Assembly: GCA_964511075.1 (NCBI GenBank)
Contig: CAZEDM010000008.1
Span: 34,470-98,469 of the forward strand
Length of the DNA stretch: 64,000 nt
Origin: an uncultured Ignavibacteria bacterium
Lineage (GTDB): Bacteria > Zixibacteria > MSB-5A5 > RBG-16-43-9
Direction: 5' to 3'
The translations under genes and the position numbers were made by a program. Shown in pieces: positions 1 to 9,732 of the stretch (positions are counted from its first letter, which is position 1; the number at the start of each line of letters is the position of its first letter). The notes beneath the pieces are model-generated. The model saw nothing but the letters and a program-made list of their open reading frames with translations. It was not told the DNA's origin and did not search any database.

Positions 1-1220
1 GTCCCCTGAATTATCTTTCCGTTCTCGTCCATTCCTGAAATTGAGTATTCTTTTTCAAGTGGCACCCGCCTGTCAATGAAACTCTTGTAGATATTGTCAT
101 CAATGTAAAAATTGATTATTTGTTTCAAGCATCTATTAATGAATTCTATACGCCTTTCTCCTGAAAGAAGAAGACTGAATAATAGCTGTGTCTTATCGTA
201 TATTTTAAAAAACTCTCCTTTCAAATGTTCCGTGCCCCCAGCTCCTAGAGCTTTTACTACTGCTTTATTCAACTTATCCTCATAATCTTTCTCGCCTTCC
301 ATTCCTTGTAACTCGTCAATTATCAATCTGTACTGAATCTTGTCTTTGTCGATAATATTAAAATCTTCTTCAACTACACTTTTCTCTTCATTCCTCATCC
401 ATTCAAGACTGTTGTTTCTCGCTCGATCTAATTGTGTAATCAAATTCTGGTTAAGTCCGTCCATCATCACAGGGTTGCCTTCATATCCATAAATATCATT
501 GATGAATTCTAAAACGGTCCAAGTTCCAAAAATACTTGGCTTAGAAGAAATCAAATCCAATGGCCAACCTTTGCTCTTACACTTTCTATGATTCTCTAGT
601 AGCATTTCCATGCCCTTATTCAATATCAGGTTCAGATTCCCTCTCATTCTTTGGAGATCAAATTTCCCCTTCGATTGACTGTAATTCAGTAAAGTCTCTA
701 AGAAGTTTTTAGCCATCAAACACGATGAGAAAATAAAGGAAGCTGCATCAAGGTTAGGTATTTGCCAGTATCGAGATGATCCCCTTTTCCCCGTAGCCTT
801 TTCGAAGCGACCGTATGGCTCTCCTCTAATAGAAAGAACTGGTGTTACCTCTTCTGATAGCGAATTATCCACGACAAAGTTGATATCATCCAACATGCAG
901 TCAGCCAGACCAAAAATGTTTTCTAAGAACATGTCAATGGACATCTCCTGAATATCCAGACAAGGGATAAAGAAGCTTTCCAATGCCTCACAGGTTGTTA
1001 CCACGAAACGACTTTCTTTCTTGAATGTCTGTAAGGAGAAATCAAAAAATTTTAAATTCTCATTAGGCTCATCCACAAATCCCCTGTTTACAACTAGTTC
1101 GTTAAGGCGTGTATCAGATTTTCTCTCTCCAAACTTATTATCTGTCCTTGTTTCGCCTAGATTAATCAGAGCCTCTTTTATTACAGTGAGTACTTCAGAA
1201 GAACTAATATTGCTTGGCAT
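1..1220 (-). CDS. Hypothetical protein, C-terminally truncated by the window edge. Start codon lies 5 nt after the speE stop, so it is the third gene of the speH-speE operon
   Basis: ATG at 1220 (minus strand). Open frame runs to position 1 without a stop (own translation MPSNISSSEVLTVIKEAL...). No motif I recognise. Operon position behind spermidine synthase. Confidence 0.4.
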   Translation of the reverse strand, partial: MPSNISSSEVLTVIKEALINLGETRTDNKFGERKSDTRLNELVVNRGFVDEPNENLKFFDFSLQTFKKESRFVVTTCEALESFFIPCLDIQEMSIDMFLENIFGLADCMLDDINFVVDNSLSEEVTPVLSIRGEPYGRFEKATGKRGSSRYWQIPNLDAASFIFSSCLMAKNFLETLLNYSQSKGKFDLQRMRGNLNLILNKGMEMLLENHRKCKSKGWPLDLISSKPSIFGTWTVLEFINDIYGYEGNPVMMDGLNQNLITQLDRARNNSLEWMRNEEKSVVEEDFNIIDKDKIQYRLIIDELQGMEGEKDYEDKLNKAVVKALGAGGTEHLKGEFFKIYDKTQLLFSLLLSGERRIEFINRCLKQIINFYIDDNIYKSFIDRRVPLEKEYSISGMDENGKIIQG

Positions 1221-1224
1221 TCTA

Positions 1225-2064
1225 TTAACCCCCATTTAATAAGTTTTTTACATAATTAGGTAGTGAAAAACTACTTTTATGTACCTTTTCGTTATAGTAA
1301 ACTAAGTCCTTTCCCAATTTCTCGTATCTCTGTTTCTGAAAATCCTTAATCGGGTCATATTTCTTTGAACAGAATGCGAAGGAATGAAAACCATTGGAAT
1401 AGGTTGGAATATACCCAACAAACAACTTCACGATTGGGAAGATTTGTTCCAATCTCTTAAAGATAGAACCAGTTGTGTCTGGAGTGTAAAAAGGAGAACC
1501 AATTTGAACCACCATTAATCCATCTGATCTTAAAGCCCTGAAACAGTCTGAATAGAATCTGTTCTCATACAGGTGCTTGGCAATAGTTGAAGGGTCTGTT
1601 GAATCAATTATAATTACATCATAATTGTTTTTTACGTGCCTGATGAATTCCTCTCCAGGTTCAATATTTATATTAACTCGATCACTGCAGAGTTCTGCAC
1701 TCAATTCTGGAAAGTGTAATTTAGACAATTCAATCACTTTCTCATCTATTTCTACTAGATCAATGGATGAAATCTTATGCTTGAAAAGCTCTCTGATTGC
1801 TCCTCCATCTCCTCCACCTACCACCAATATATCCCTGGGACTCTTATGCGAGAACATAGAAACATGGACTATCATTTCATGATAAAACCGTTCGTCTTTT
1901 TCGCTCAGCATTATAATCCCGTCTAATACAAACATCTTGCCAAATTCATATGTATCCAAAATGTCTATCTTTTGGTACTTACTTTTTCCACTGTATAAGA
2001 CGGACTTGACTTTGATATCTAATTTTACATTATCAGTATGTTTATCTTGAAACCACCCCACCAT
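1225..2064 (-). CDS. speE: Spermidine synthase (aminopropyltransferase)
   Basis: Glycine-rich VVGGGDGG motif followed by acidic IRE. Overall spermidine-synthase-like layout (DxxxxD ... IIIDSTDP). 279 aa. Confidence 0.85.
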   Translation of the reverse strand: MVGWFQDKHTDNVKLDIKVKSVLYSGKSKYQKIDILDTYEFGKMFVLDGIIMLSEKDERFYHEMIVHVSMFSHKSPRDILVVGGGDGGAIRELFKHKISSIDLVEIDEKVIELSKLHFPELSAELCSDRVNINIEPGEEFIRHVKNNYDVIIIDSTDPSTIAKHLYENRFYSDCFRALRSDGLMVVQIGSPFYTPDTTGSIFKRLEQIFPIVKLFVGYIPTYSNGFHSFAFCSKKYDPIKDFQKQRYEKLGKDLVYYNEKVHKSSFSLPNYVKNLLNGG

Positions 2065-2184
2065 TATGATTCTTCTCCCTTATGATGACTTTCGGATATG
2101 TATATAATTATTACCTTTTAATTAATTCTCTTGCACTACTAAAACATACCCAAGATGCACGCTATTCCGGTCTAGCAAAGAATA

Positions 2185-2568
2185 TTAATGCGGTTTGTGT
2201 GGTAATGACCCAGCTGGGGCATCGAACAAGCCCCTTCGCATTTCAAAATGAGAACTCCTTTTAGATTTTAGTTTTTCCAACAGCAAGTGATGACCTTCCC
2301 ATGGATCAATTTTTCTTCCACAAACCTCAAAATCTACAGCAGCATATCTGTACTCAGGCCAGGTGTGAATAGCTAAATGAGATTCAGCTATTGTGACTGT
2401 TCCACTGATTCCATGAGGATTAAATACATGAAAAGAATAATTGATAACTCTTGCGCCCATTATTTCTGCCGCTTCCAGCATAATTTTTTGTATATACTCT
2501 TTATCCTTTAAAATTTTTGGGTCACAATCAAAATAATCTACACCCACTAATCTCACTAAAGATTCCAT
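2185..2568 (-). CDS. speH: S-adenosylmethionine decarboxylase proenzyme (pyruvoyl-dependent, small bacterial/archaeal type)
   Basis: AESHLAIHTWPE self-cleavage/pyruvoyl motif. 127 aa. Directly upstream of speE. Confidence 0.8.
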   Translation of the reverse strand: MESLVRLVGVDYFDCDPKILKDKEYIQKIMLEAAEIMGARVINYSFHVFNPHGISGTVTIAESHLAIHTWPEYRYAAVDFEVCGRKIDPWEGHHLLLEKLKSKRSSHFEMRRGLFDAPAGSLPHKPH

Positions 2569-3041
2569 TTATTTTTCCTAATTTTAGAAAATTCTCAATC
2601 TATTAGGTTATAGTGAGGATTATTTTGTTCACACACTTTAGGTTAAGCAAATTATTCCCCACTCATTGCTGCGCCCACATTTTTTATACTAACTTATATT
2701 ACATTCTTTTTTTGTCAAGAGTTTTTTTGGCCTTTCCGAAACTTTTTGAGCTTCGCAACTGGATGTTCATAAAAAATACTCCCTACATTTGACACACCAT
2801 TGTGCCAGAGTATTAGAAGAATTGGAATTTGAAACAAAATTGAAGTAAATTAAGATTATAAAAATAAATACACCTCTGTATTTTAAATGATAACATTCTC
2901 AGTTTCTCCCTTCAGTAAAGAGCCTCCCGTTTCCCCTAAGTTCCTATCACAATTAAAGATAATTTTTTCAAAGTTCCTCATAAGATTGGTATTCCAGTTG
3001 CAGTTCAAAGCTGAAAGAAGAACGAGTTACTCAAGGAGGTT

Positions 3042-4448
3042 ATGATGAAGGTTCTTTTGATTTACCCGGATACAAGCCCAGAGAGTGTGATTCCCCAAAA
3101 ACTTATTAATATTGAGCCTCTGGGATTGGAGTACCTGGCTGGGGCGATTCCGGAACATGAGGTTGAGATCTTGGATATGAAGATAGAAAATCATTGGAAG
3201 AAAAAAATTGAAGATTTTCAACCAGACATAGTAGGTATCACCGGCACGGTTATACATACCTCCCGGATGTTTGAGGTTTTGAAAAAAGTAAAAGAGCGCA
3301 ATCAAAGGACCTTGACTATAGTGGGCGGAGTTGGTGCCACTTTAAAGCCGGATGATTTTAACCAACCTTGTGTGGATGTCATTGTCCTGGGGCACAGGGT
3401 ATCCTCATTTAAGGAAATTGTGCAGAATTATGAGCATAAAAAATCTTTTGAGAAGATCGAGGGAATAGCCTTGCCTGATGGAGATAGGCTGTATCTCACT
3501 CCAGTTAAAAATCAAATAACCAGCCTGGACCATCTCCCTTTGCCCAGAAGGGATTTGACTGAAAAGTATCGTAATAGATATTTCCATTTGGTATGGAAAC
3601 CGACTGCTTTGATAATCACCTCAGCCGGATGCCCTTATCAGTGTAATTTCTGCCCTTGTCCGGTGCTCACCCAGAGAAGATTCTTGAAAAGGCCTCCGGA
3701 GTCAGTCATAGAGGAACTTTTACAGATCAAAGAGGAATATATCTACGCCGGAGATGACAACTTCTTCTTCGATTACCAGCACGCACTGAGAATCTATCAG
3801 CTGATAAAGGAATCCGGAATAAAAAAACAGTATTATATCTTGAGCCGGGTAGATGAGATAAACCGCCATCCAGACATTGTGGAGAAATGGGCTGAGATCG
3901 GCTTGAAAAAGGTTTTCTTGGGATTAGAATCTTTCAAAAACGAGGAGCTTCAATCTCTGAATAAGAGATGCACTGTGGAGAAAAATAACCGGGCTATAGA
4001 TATCTTACACCAGAACGAAGTCGATCCTCTGGGCGCATTTGTGATTCAGCCCTATTACAGGAAGGCGGATTTCGATGCGTTGTTAGATTATATGGATAAG
4101 ATGAAAATCTACTATCACGAGTTCACCATTTTAACCCCCTTTCCCGGAACTGAATTCTATGAGGATATAAAAGACAAAATGATATTCACGGATACCCGTC
4201 TGTTCGACTTAGCCCATAGTGTTCTGCCAACTGAGCTTCCCTCAGAGGAGTTCTATAAGTTATACAGTCGCCTCTATCGTAAAGCATTTTCTCTCATCAG
4301 GGCTTTAAGGATTAAGCCCACGGTCTCTCCTTTTGCCAACTTTGGCTTCTTAAGGCTTCTGCCCGGACTTTTTTCTCTGTTCTATTCCGGAACAAAAGCT
4401 TACAGGTCACTGAATAGACTTAATAATTCTTGTCCTGACAGTTTATGA
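3042..4448 (+). CDS. B12-binding domain-containing radical SAM protein
   Basis: N-terminal cobalamin-binding-like Rossmann segment (KVLLIYPD...). Radical SAM cluster motif CPYQCNFC (CxxxCxxC). 468 aa. Confidence 0.75.
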   Translation: MMKVLLIYPDTSPESVIPQKLINIEPLGLEYLAGAIPEHEVEILDMKIENHWKKKIEDFQPDIVGITGTVIHTSRMFEVLKKVKERNQRTLTIVGGVGATLKPDDFNQPCVDVIVLGHRVSSFKEIVQNYEHKKSFEKIEGIALPDGDRLYLTPVKNQITSLDHLPLPRRDLTEKYRNRYFHLVWKPTALIITSAGCPYQCNFCPCPVLTQRRFLKRPPESVIEELLQIKEEYIYAGDDNFFFDYQHALRIYQLIKESGIKKQYYILSRVDEINRHPDIVEKWAEIGLKKVFLGLESFKNEELQSLNKRCTVEKNNRAIDILHQNEVDPLGAFVIQPYYRKADFDALLDYMDKMKIYYHEFTILTPFPGTEFYEDIKDKMIFTDTRLFDLAHSVLPTELPSEEFYKLYSRLYRKAFSLIRALRIKPTVSPFANFGFLRLLPGLFSLFYSGTKAYRSLNRLNNSCPDSL

Positions 4449-4566
4449 CTAATTCGCTCCTCTTTGATCCTCAACAGCTAAATGGCTTAAAAGATATAGA
4501 CATCAGAACTCAGTGCAAAACCTAATATAGCTTGTCTGTGAGGGGAGTATTTATTAATTCAAGAAT

Positions 4567-4690
4567 ATGCTTGACTTAAGATAAATTCCTGAATGGGCTT
4601 ACCTTTGATTTTATAATATAGTCAGTTGCGAAACTCGTCCAGTGCGGGGTATTTTAAGTTATTGTGGTTTAATAACTTAAGCTTAGGTTA
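4567..4690 (+). repeat. Copy 1 of a ~120-nt conserved non-coding element (begins ATGCTTGAC...). Second copy at 8942-9060
   Basis: About 80% identity over ~80 nt with the second copy by manual alignment, weaker similarity for another ~45 nt. No ORF covers it. Sits in a 750-bp gene-free region. Confidence 0.4.
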
Positions 4691-5193
4691 AGCGTCCTCC
4701 TGTTCTTTTATATAGATACTTTTGAGAAGAAGAATTAGTGCGGTTGTATATAATAAAGCCATATACAGACCCTCTCACTCAATTCAATAATAAACAAAAA
4801 GGGGTGCAGAGGAGGGCACCTGCCATATCCTGAAACCGACTTGAATCCTATAGGACTTCTTACAATAACATTCCTCCTTAAAAATCATTAGGGTCTTCTG
4901 TTAAATGGTCCCTTATCGGGATTTGTCTTGACTTCCTTGGGTCAAGGGTTATTTTGTTATCGAATTAATCTTTAAGACATCGACAGACAGTTAGTCATGG
5001 CTGGAGGCTATACAATTCAATAGATTTAAACAAATTAAGCTGTGTACCCCAGTTTCGAGAAGGTTAGTCTGCAAAGCAACTTAGGGAAGAGGTGCTTGAT
5101 GTGAAATTAAACGGGAAAACATCTATGCTTACTTGAGCTGGCTGAAAATGTTTGCCGGGAAGTAAAAAATAGAAAAGAAGAGGGTATATATTT

Positions 5194-7653
5194 ATGGATA
5201 GAAGTGTTATAACTGCTGAGGAAGCAAAAAAAGCAAGCTTAAAGGAATTATTACAAAAGCTCTCAGCAAACACAAAAGGACTTTCTTCTTCAGAAGCAAG
5301 GGATCGGCTTAAGCTGTACGGTCCTAATGAGATCCCTGAGAAAAAAGTCAATCCCATACTTAAACTATTAAGATACTTCTGGGGTCCTATTCCCTGGATG
5401 ATCGAGGTTGCCGCCATCCTCTCGGTGCTGGTACGCCATTGGCCCGATTTTTTCATCATCCTAGCTTTGCTTTTTGTGAACGCTGTCGTGGGCTTCTGGG
5501 AGGAATTCAAGGCGGGCAACACGATTGCCGCGCTAAAGGCAAAGTTGGCCTTGAAAGCTCGGGTTAAACGGGATGATGCCTGGGGCACAATCCCTGCACG
5601 TGAATTAGTTCCGGGAGATATAATCAGGCTGCGAATCGGTGATATTGTGCCAGCCGACGCCAGATTGCTGGATGGCGATCCGGTTCAGGTGGACCAATCG
5701 GCTCTTACCGGCGAGTCACTGCCGGTGACGCACAAGACGGGTGATGTCGTCTATTCCGGTTCCATAATCAGGCAGGGGGAAATCGATTCGCTTATCTATG
5801 CTATCGGGACAGACACCTATTTCGGCAAAACCGCTCACCTTGTGGAAGAAGCTCACACCGTAAGCCATTTTCAGCGTGCCGTTTTGAAGATCGGAGACTA
5901 TCTTATCGTTGTAGCTCTGATCCTGGTGATCTTGATCCTGTCAGTGGCTCTTTTTCGTGGTGATAATATGCTCACGACCCTTGAATTTGCGTTGATCTTG
6001 ACGGTGGCCGCCATACCCGTAGCCATGCCAACGGTGTTATCGGTCACCATGGCAGTAGGTGCCCGGCTGCTGGCTAAGAGACAGGCAATCGTAAGTCGGT
6101 TAGCCAGTATCGAGGAGATGGCAGGTATAGACGTATTGTGTTCTGATAAGACCGGCACTTTAACTCAAAATAAACTGTCCTTGGGAGATCCTGCGGGGGT
6201 TGTCGGTGTAAGTCGCGATCAGATAATCCTCAGTGCAGCGTTGGCATCACGGGCAGAGGATCAAGACCCTATCGATTTAGCCGTGCTCAGTGGCCTTAAA
6301 GACGACCAGCAGCAGGCCGGATACCAGATCCTTCATTTCATGCCATTTGACCCGGTTCACAAGCGCACGGAGGCCACGGTGAAGGGACCGGGCGGGGAGA
6401 CCTTTAAAGTGACCAAAGGTGCACCGCAGGTGGTCTTGGAGCTGGCGGCCAATGCGGCACAGGTTCGATCTCAGGTCGAGAAAGCGGTAGGAGAATTTGC
6501 AGTACGCGGTTTCCGCTCTCTGGGCGTGGCCCGCACGGACCAGCATAGCCAATGGCAGTTTTTAGGTGTGATTCCATTATACGACCCACCTAGGGAAGAT
6601 TCAAAAACCACCATCAAAACCGCAGGAGAGATGGGTGTAAAAGTCAAGATGGTCACCGGGGATCAGGTGGCCATAGCGAAAGAGACAGCCCGGCAGTTGG
6701 ACCTGGGTACAGATATCCTGGATGCAGCGCTCTTTGCAGATACCAAGCATCACGAGACCGGTCAGCTCGCCAACGCCATCGAGCAGTCTGACGGCTTTGC
6801 TCAGGTCTTCCCCGAGCATAAATATCACATTGTGGATGTGCTTCAGCAACGAGGCCATATCGTTGGTATGACTGGCGATGGTGTCAACGATGCCCCAGCG
6901 CTAAAGGAGGCTGATGCCGGTATTGCAGTTTCCGGAGCAACCGATGCTGCGCGCAGCGCGGCGGATATCGTCCTTTTGACTCCGGGCCTCTCAGTGATAA
7001 TTGATGCCATCAAGGAAAGCCGCAAGATCTTTCAACGAATGGGCAGCTATGCAACCTATCGTATTGCAGAGACCATCCGGGTGTTGTTGTTCATGACCCT
7101 TTCCATCTTAGTTTTTAACTTCTATCCGGTGACCGCTGTGATGATCGTCTTGTTGGCACTGCTTAATGACGGTGCCATCTTGTCCATCGCTTATGATCAT
7201 GTTCGTTATTCCAATAAACCTGAGGTATGGAAAATGACTGAGGTGTTAAGCATAGCCACGGTTCTTGGCATAATGGGAGTATTTGCCTCCTTTGGTTTAT
7301 TTTACCTGGGCGAAAGAGTTTTCCACCTCAACCGAGAAGTCATACAGTCTCTGATGTACCTTAAACTCTCGGTAGCAGGTCACCTGACCATCTTTATCAC
7401 ACGGACCCGAGGATCTTTTTGGTCCTTCCGCCCTGCGCCGATCCTGATAGGAGCAGTCAGCGGAACACAACTGGTAGCGACCTTAATTGCCACCTTCGGT
7501 CTATTTATGGCCCCCATCGGTTGGAAATGGGCACTGTTTGTCTGGGGCTATGCCCTGGCATGGTTTCTGGTGAATGACAGGGTCAAACTGGCAGCATACC
7601 GGATTTTCGATCATCGTCAGCCGGGCTTGCTGACAAAGACGGACAAAAGATGA
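5194..7653 (+). CDS. P-type cation-transporting ATPase, P3A (plasma-membrane H+-ATPase-like) type
   Basis: Phosphorylation motif CSDKTGTLT, hinge motif TGDGVNDAPAL, plus KGAP and MVTGD motifs. N-terminus resembles fungal/plant/archaeal H+-ATPases. 819 aa. Confidence 0.85.
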   Translation: MDRSVITAEEAKKASLKELLQKLSANTKGLSSSEARDRLKLYGPNEIPEKKVNPILKLLRYFWGPIPWMIEVAAILSVLVRHWPDFFIILALLFVNAVVGFWEEFKAGNTIAALKAKLALKARVKRDDAWGTIPARELVPGDIIRLRIGDIVPADARLLDGDPVQVDQSALTGESLPVTHKTGDVVYSGSIIRQGEIDSLIYAIGTDTYFGKTAHLVEEAHTVSHFQRAVLKIGDYLIVVALILVILILSVALFRGDNMLTTLEFALILTVAAIPVAMPTVLSVTMAVGARLLAKRQAIVSRLASIEEMAGIDVLCSDKTGTLTQNKLSLGDPAGVVGVSRDQIILSAALASRAEDQDPIDLAVLSGLKDDQQQAGYQILHFMPFDPVHKRTEATVKGPGGETFKVTKGAPQVVLELAANAAQVRSQVEKAVGEFAVRGFRSLGVARTDQHSQWQFLGVIPLYDPPREDSKTTIKTAGEMGVKVKMVTGDQVAIAKETARQLDLGTDILDAALFADTKHHETGQLANAIEQSDGFAQVFPEHKYHIVDVLQQRGHIVGMTGDGVNDAPALKEADAGIAVSGATDAARSAADIVLLTPGLSVIIDAIKESRKIFQRMGSYATYRIAETIRVLLFMTLSILVFNFYPVTAVMIVLLALLNDGAILSIAYDHVRYSNKPEVWKMTEVLSIATVLGIMGVFASFGLFYLGERVFHLNREVIQSLMYLKLSVAGHLTIFITRTRGSFWSFRPAPILIGAVSGTQLVATLIATFGLFMAPIGWKWALFVWGYALAWFLVNDRVKLAAYRIFDHRQPGLLTKTDKR

Positions 7654-7818
7654 GCCGGCGATTTCAATACTGCTTTGAGCTGTTGTCTTGGGAGATGAAT
7701 TTAGCTGTTCACCTGGAACGGCTATACAGGCCATACCCACAGCAATAAAACCTAATTTTTTAATGCTGGGGCAAAGCTAATACCCAAAGCGACAAAATGA
7801 AGCGTAAAAGGAGTAAAA

Positions 7819-8376
7819 ATGTCGGGAAACTTGAATCGTAAAAACAAAGATAAAACAAGCCGAAGCACAAACATCCCCCAGACTGCCATCAGATCCTTGA
7901 TTGCCGACCTGAGAAGTAATGACGGAATGCTACGCCAGCGATCACGCCAGTCCCTGGTAGCTATTGGGAAACCGGCCGTCGCCTACCTGGTAAAACTGAT
8001 GAGAGACGTAAATGATCAGGTTCGGTGGGAAGCGACGAAAGCGTTGGGTGACATTGGCGATCCGGAAACTGCACCTGCTCTGACAGAGGTTCTGGAGGAC
8101 GAGGAGTTCGATGTCCGCTGGCTGGCAGCTGAGGGCCTGATCGCTCTGGGACGTAAAGGATTAGCCCCATTGCTCAAGGCATTGACGGAACGTCCGCAAT
8201 CGGTCTGGTTGCGAGAGGGGGCACATCACGTTCTTCACAATTTGGCAAAGGCGGGTCCTGATAAAAGGGTGGCATCTTTGCTGCAGGCTCTCGAAAGCGT
8301 CGAGCCCGAAATCGATATCCCCCCGGCAGCACACAAGCTTCTAAGCGCCCTGGGAAAAAAAGAGAGGAAAAACTAA
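7819..8376 (+). CDS. HEAT / PBS-lyase-like repeat protein
   Basis: Repeated LGDIGDPETAPAL...D.VRW.AAEAL-type HEAT-like repeats. Confidence 0.6.
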   Translation: MSGNLNRKNKDKTSRSTNIPQTAIRSLIADLRSNDGMLRQRSRQSLVAIGKPAVAYLVKLMRDVNDQVRWEATKALGDIGDPETAPALTEVLEDEEFDVRWLAAEGLIALGRKGLAPLLKALTERPQSVWLREGAHHVLHNLAKAGPDKRVASLLQALESVEPEIDIPPAAHKLLSALGKKERKN

Positions 8377-8941
8377 TGACTTTAGAGAATACTCTTTTGA
8401 CCTGATCGCCAGCAGCTCCAATTCTCTGCTCTGTTAAAGAAACAATATTCTGAAAGAACAGTAAATACACTTCTGAAATTTAGTAGAACAGAATCTACTA
8501 AGAGAGAGTTCCTAAAAGAAATAAAGATGTAAAAAGCGTAAACAGAAGCTGCACCTGTTGCATTATTTGCCCCCCCCGGTGGGCTAAGCAGGTGAGAGAA
8601 AATAGAAAGAACGCAATATCGAGTAAATGATCCACGAATTAAATATTTAATGGAAAAATCAAAAAGCCTGCTTGGTAGGGGTTTAATATTAAGTTAGAAG
8701 CAAAAAGAATCAAAGATTAATCTGTCCCGTATTTCGCTCCAGTTTAAAGTTAGTATATCAGGCTGGACTGAGGGTTAAGAATCTTGAAGAATCATTGTTG
8801 AACTATTCGGACTGCTGCACTCCGCTCACCAGAAAACAGTCAGTAAAACAGGCGAAAGCAAGGAACCACAGTGACGTAGCGCTATATTTTGGTGATCCGG
8901 TCTCGTTGATCGGAGAAGATGGGCATCTGTCATTTCAAAAA

Positions 8942-9060
8942 AATGCTTGACCTAAGGTAAATTTCTGAATAAGCTTACCTTTGATGTTATGATAAAGCCA
9001 GTTGAGAAACTCGCCCAGTGCCAGCTCATAACCTATTGGATGGTAATGACTTAAGGACAA
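8942..9060 (+). repeat. Copy 2 of the ~120-nt conserved non-coding element
   Basis: Aligns with 4567-4690 in the same orientation. A shorter shared box (TAGCTTGTCT.TG...CAAGAAT) lies upstream of copy 1 (4527-4566) but downstream of copy 2 (9131-9160). Confidence 0.4.
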
Positions 9061-9415
9061 GCTGGGCAGTCCCTTGTCTTTCCTTCAGACAATTCTCAAA
9101 CAACGAATTACATAGAAAGGAGTCGGGTGTAAGATTTACAATAGCTTGTCTTTGCCAATCCAAGAATCAAAATAAAGGAGTATAGGCGGAGGCTACACCC
9201 CGGAAGTAAACTGCTATTCATCTTTTGGATCCATCATATACTCCATAATAGTTCCTTTTGTGAGTACTAAATATTTGGGGGGGGGTAAGGAAGGGTACAT
9301 TCCACTTGTTTAGCTTGACATTTGCTATGGCAGGACTAACTTTAAAAGTGGTACAATAATTGGGGGCAGGCCAAAGTTGGAAGCATTGTGCTTAAACTAA
9401 GAAGAATATCTTAGA

Positions 9416-9548
9416 TTCGCGAAATATAGCTAAAAAGTTACGAATATATCGCAAATATTCGCGATATATTAACAAGTAATAACTTAGTGAATTATGTTGA
9501 GATGATAGGTTTTATATAAATAGATTCGCAAAGACTCGCGAATCCGGA
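9416..9548. promoter_or_regulatory. Cluster of TCGCGA-containing palindromes. Includes two 7-bp inverted repeats with 8-bp spacers (ATATCGC-N8-GCGATAT and GATTCGC-N8-GCGAATC) and a TTCGCGAA palindrome
   Basis: Read directly from sequence. Located 185-315 bp upstream of the 9733 gene in a gene-free region. Confidence 0.3.
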
Positions 9549-9732
9549 TTGAGTTATATATTTAAATAATTTCTACCCCCTCCTAATTCCAAGTAACACA
9601 AAGTGTTAGACTCGAAAAGATATATATTGGATTTTGGCATACTTCTTGTTGTTATAGTTACTTAAGTATGTAGAGAACGAGAAACTTTTACCTGCCGATA
9701 TATGAACTGTTAGAAATCTAACTCGTAAAAAC

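Noticed and set aside
4567-4620. Sigma-70 promoter reading of TTGACT…TATAAT in repeat copy 1
   Set aside because: The hexamers are 36 bp apart, too far for one promoter. Copy 2 lacks the TATAAT, so the element is better treated as a repeat or RNA.
5064-5588. 174-aa minus-strand ORF overlapping the P-type ATPase start
   Set aside because: It overlaps a strongly supported gene and has a low-complexity Ser/Ala-rich translation.
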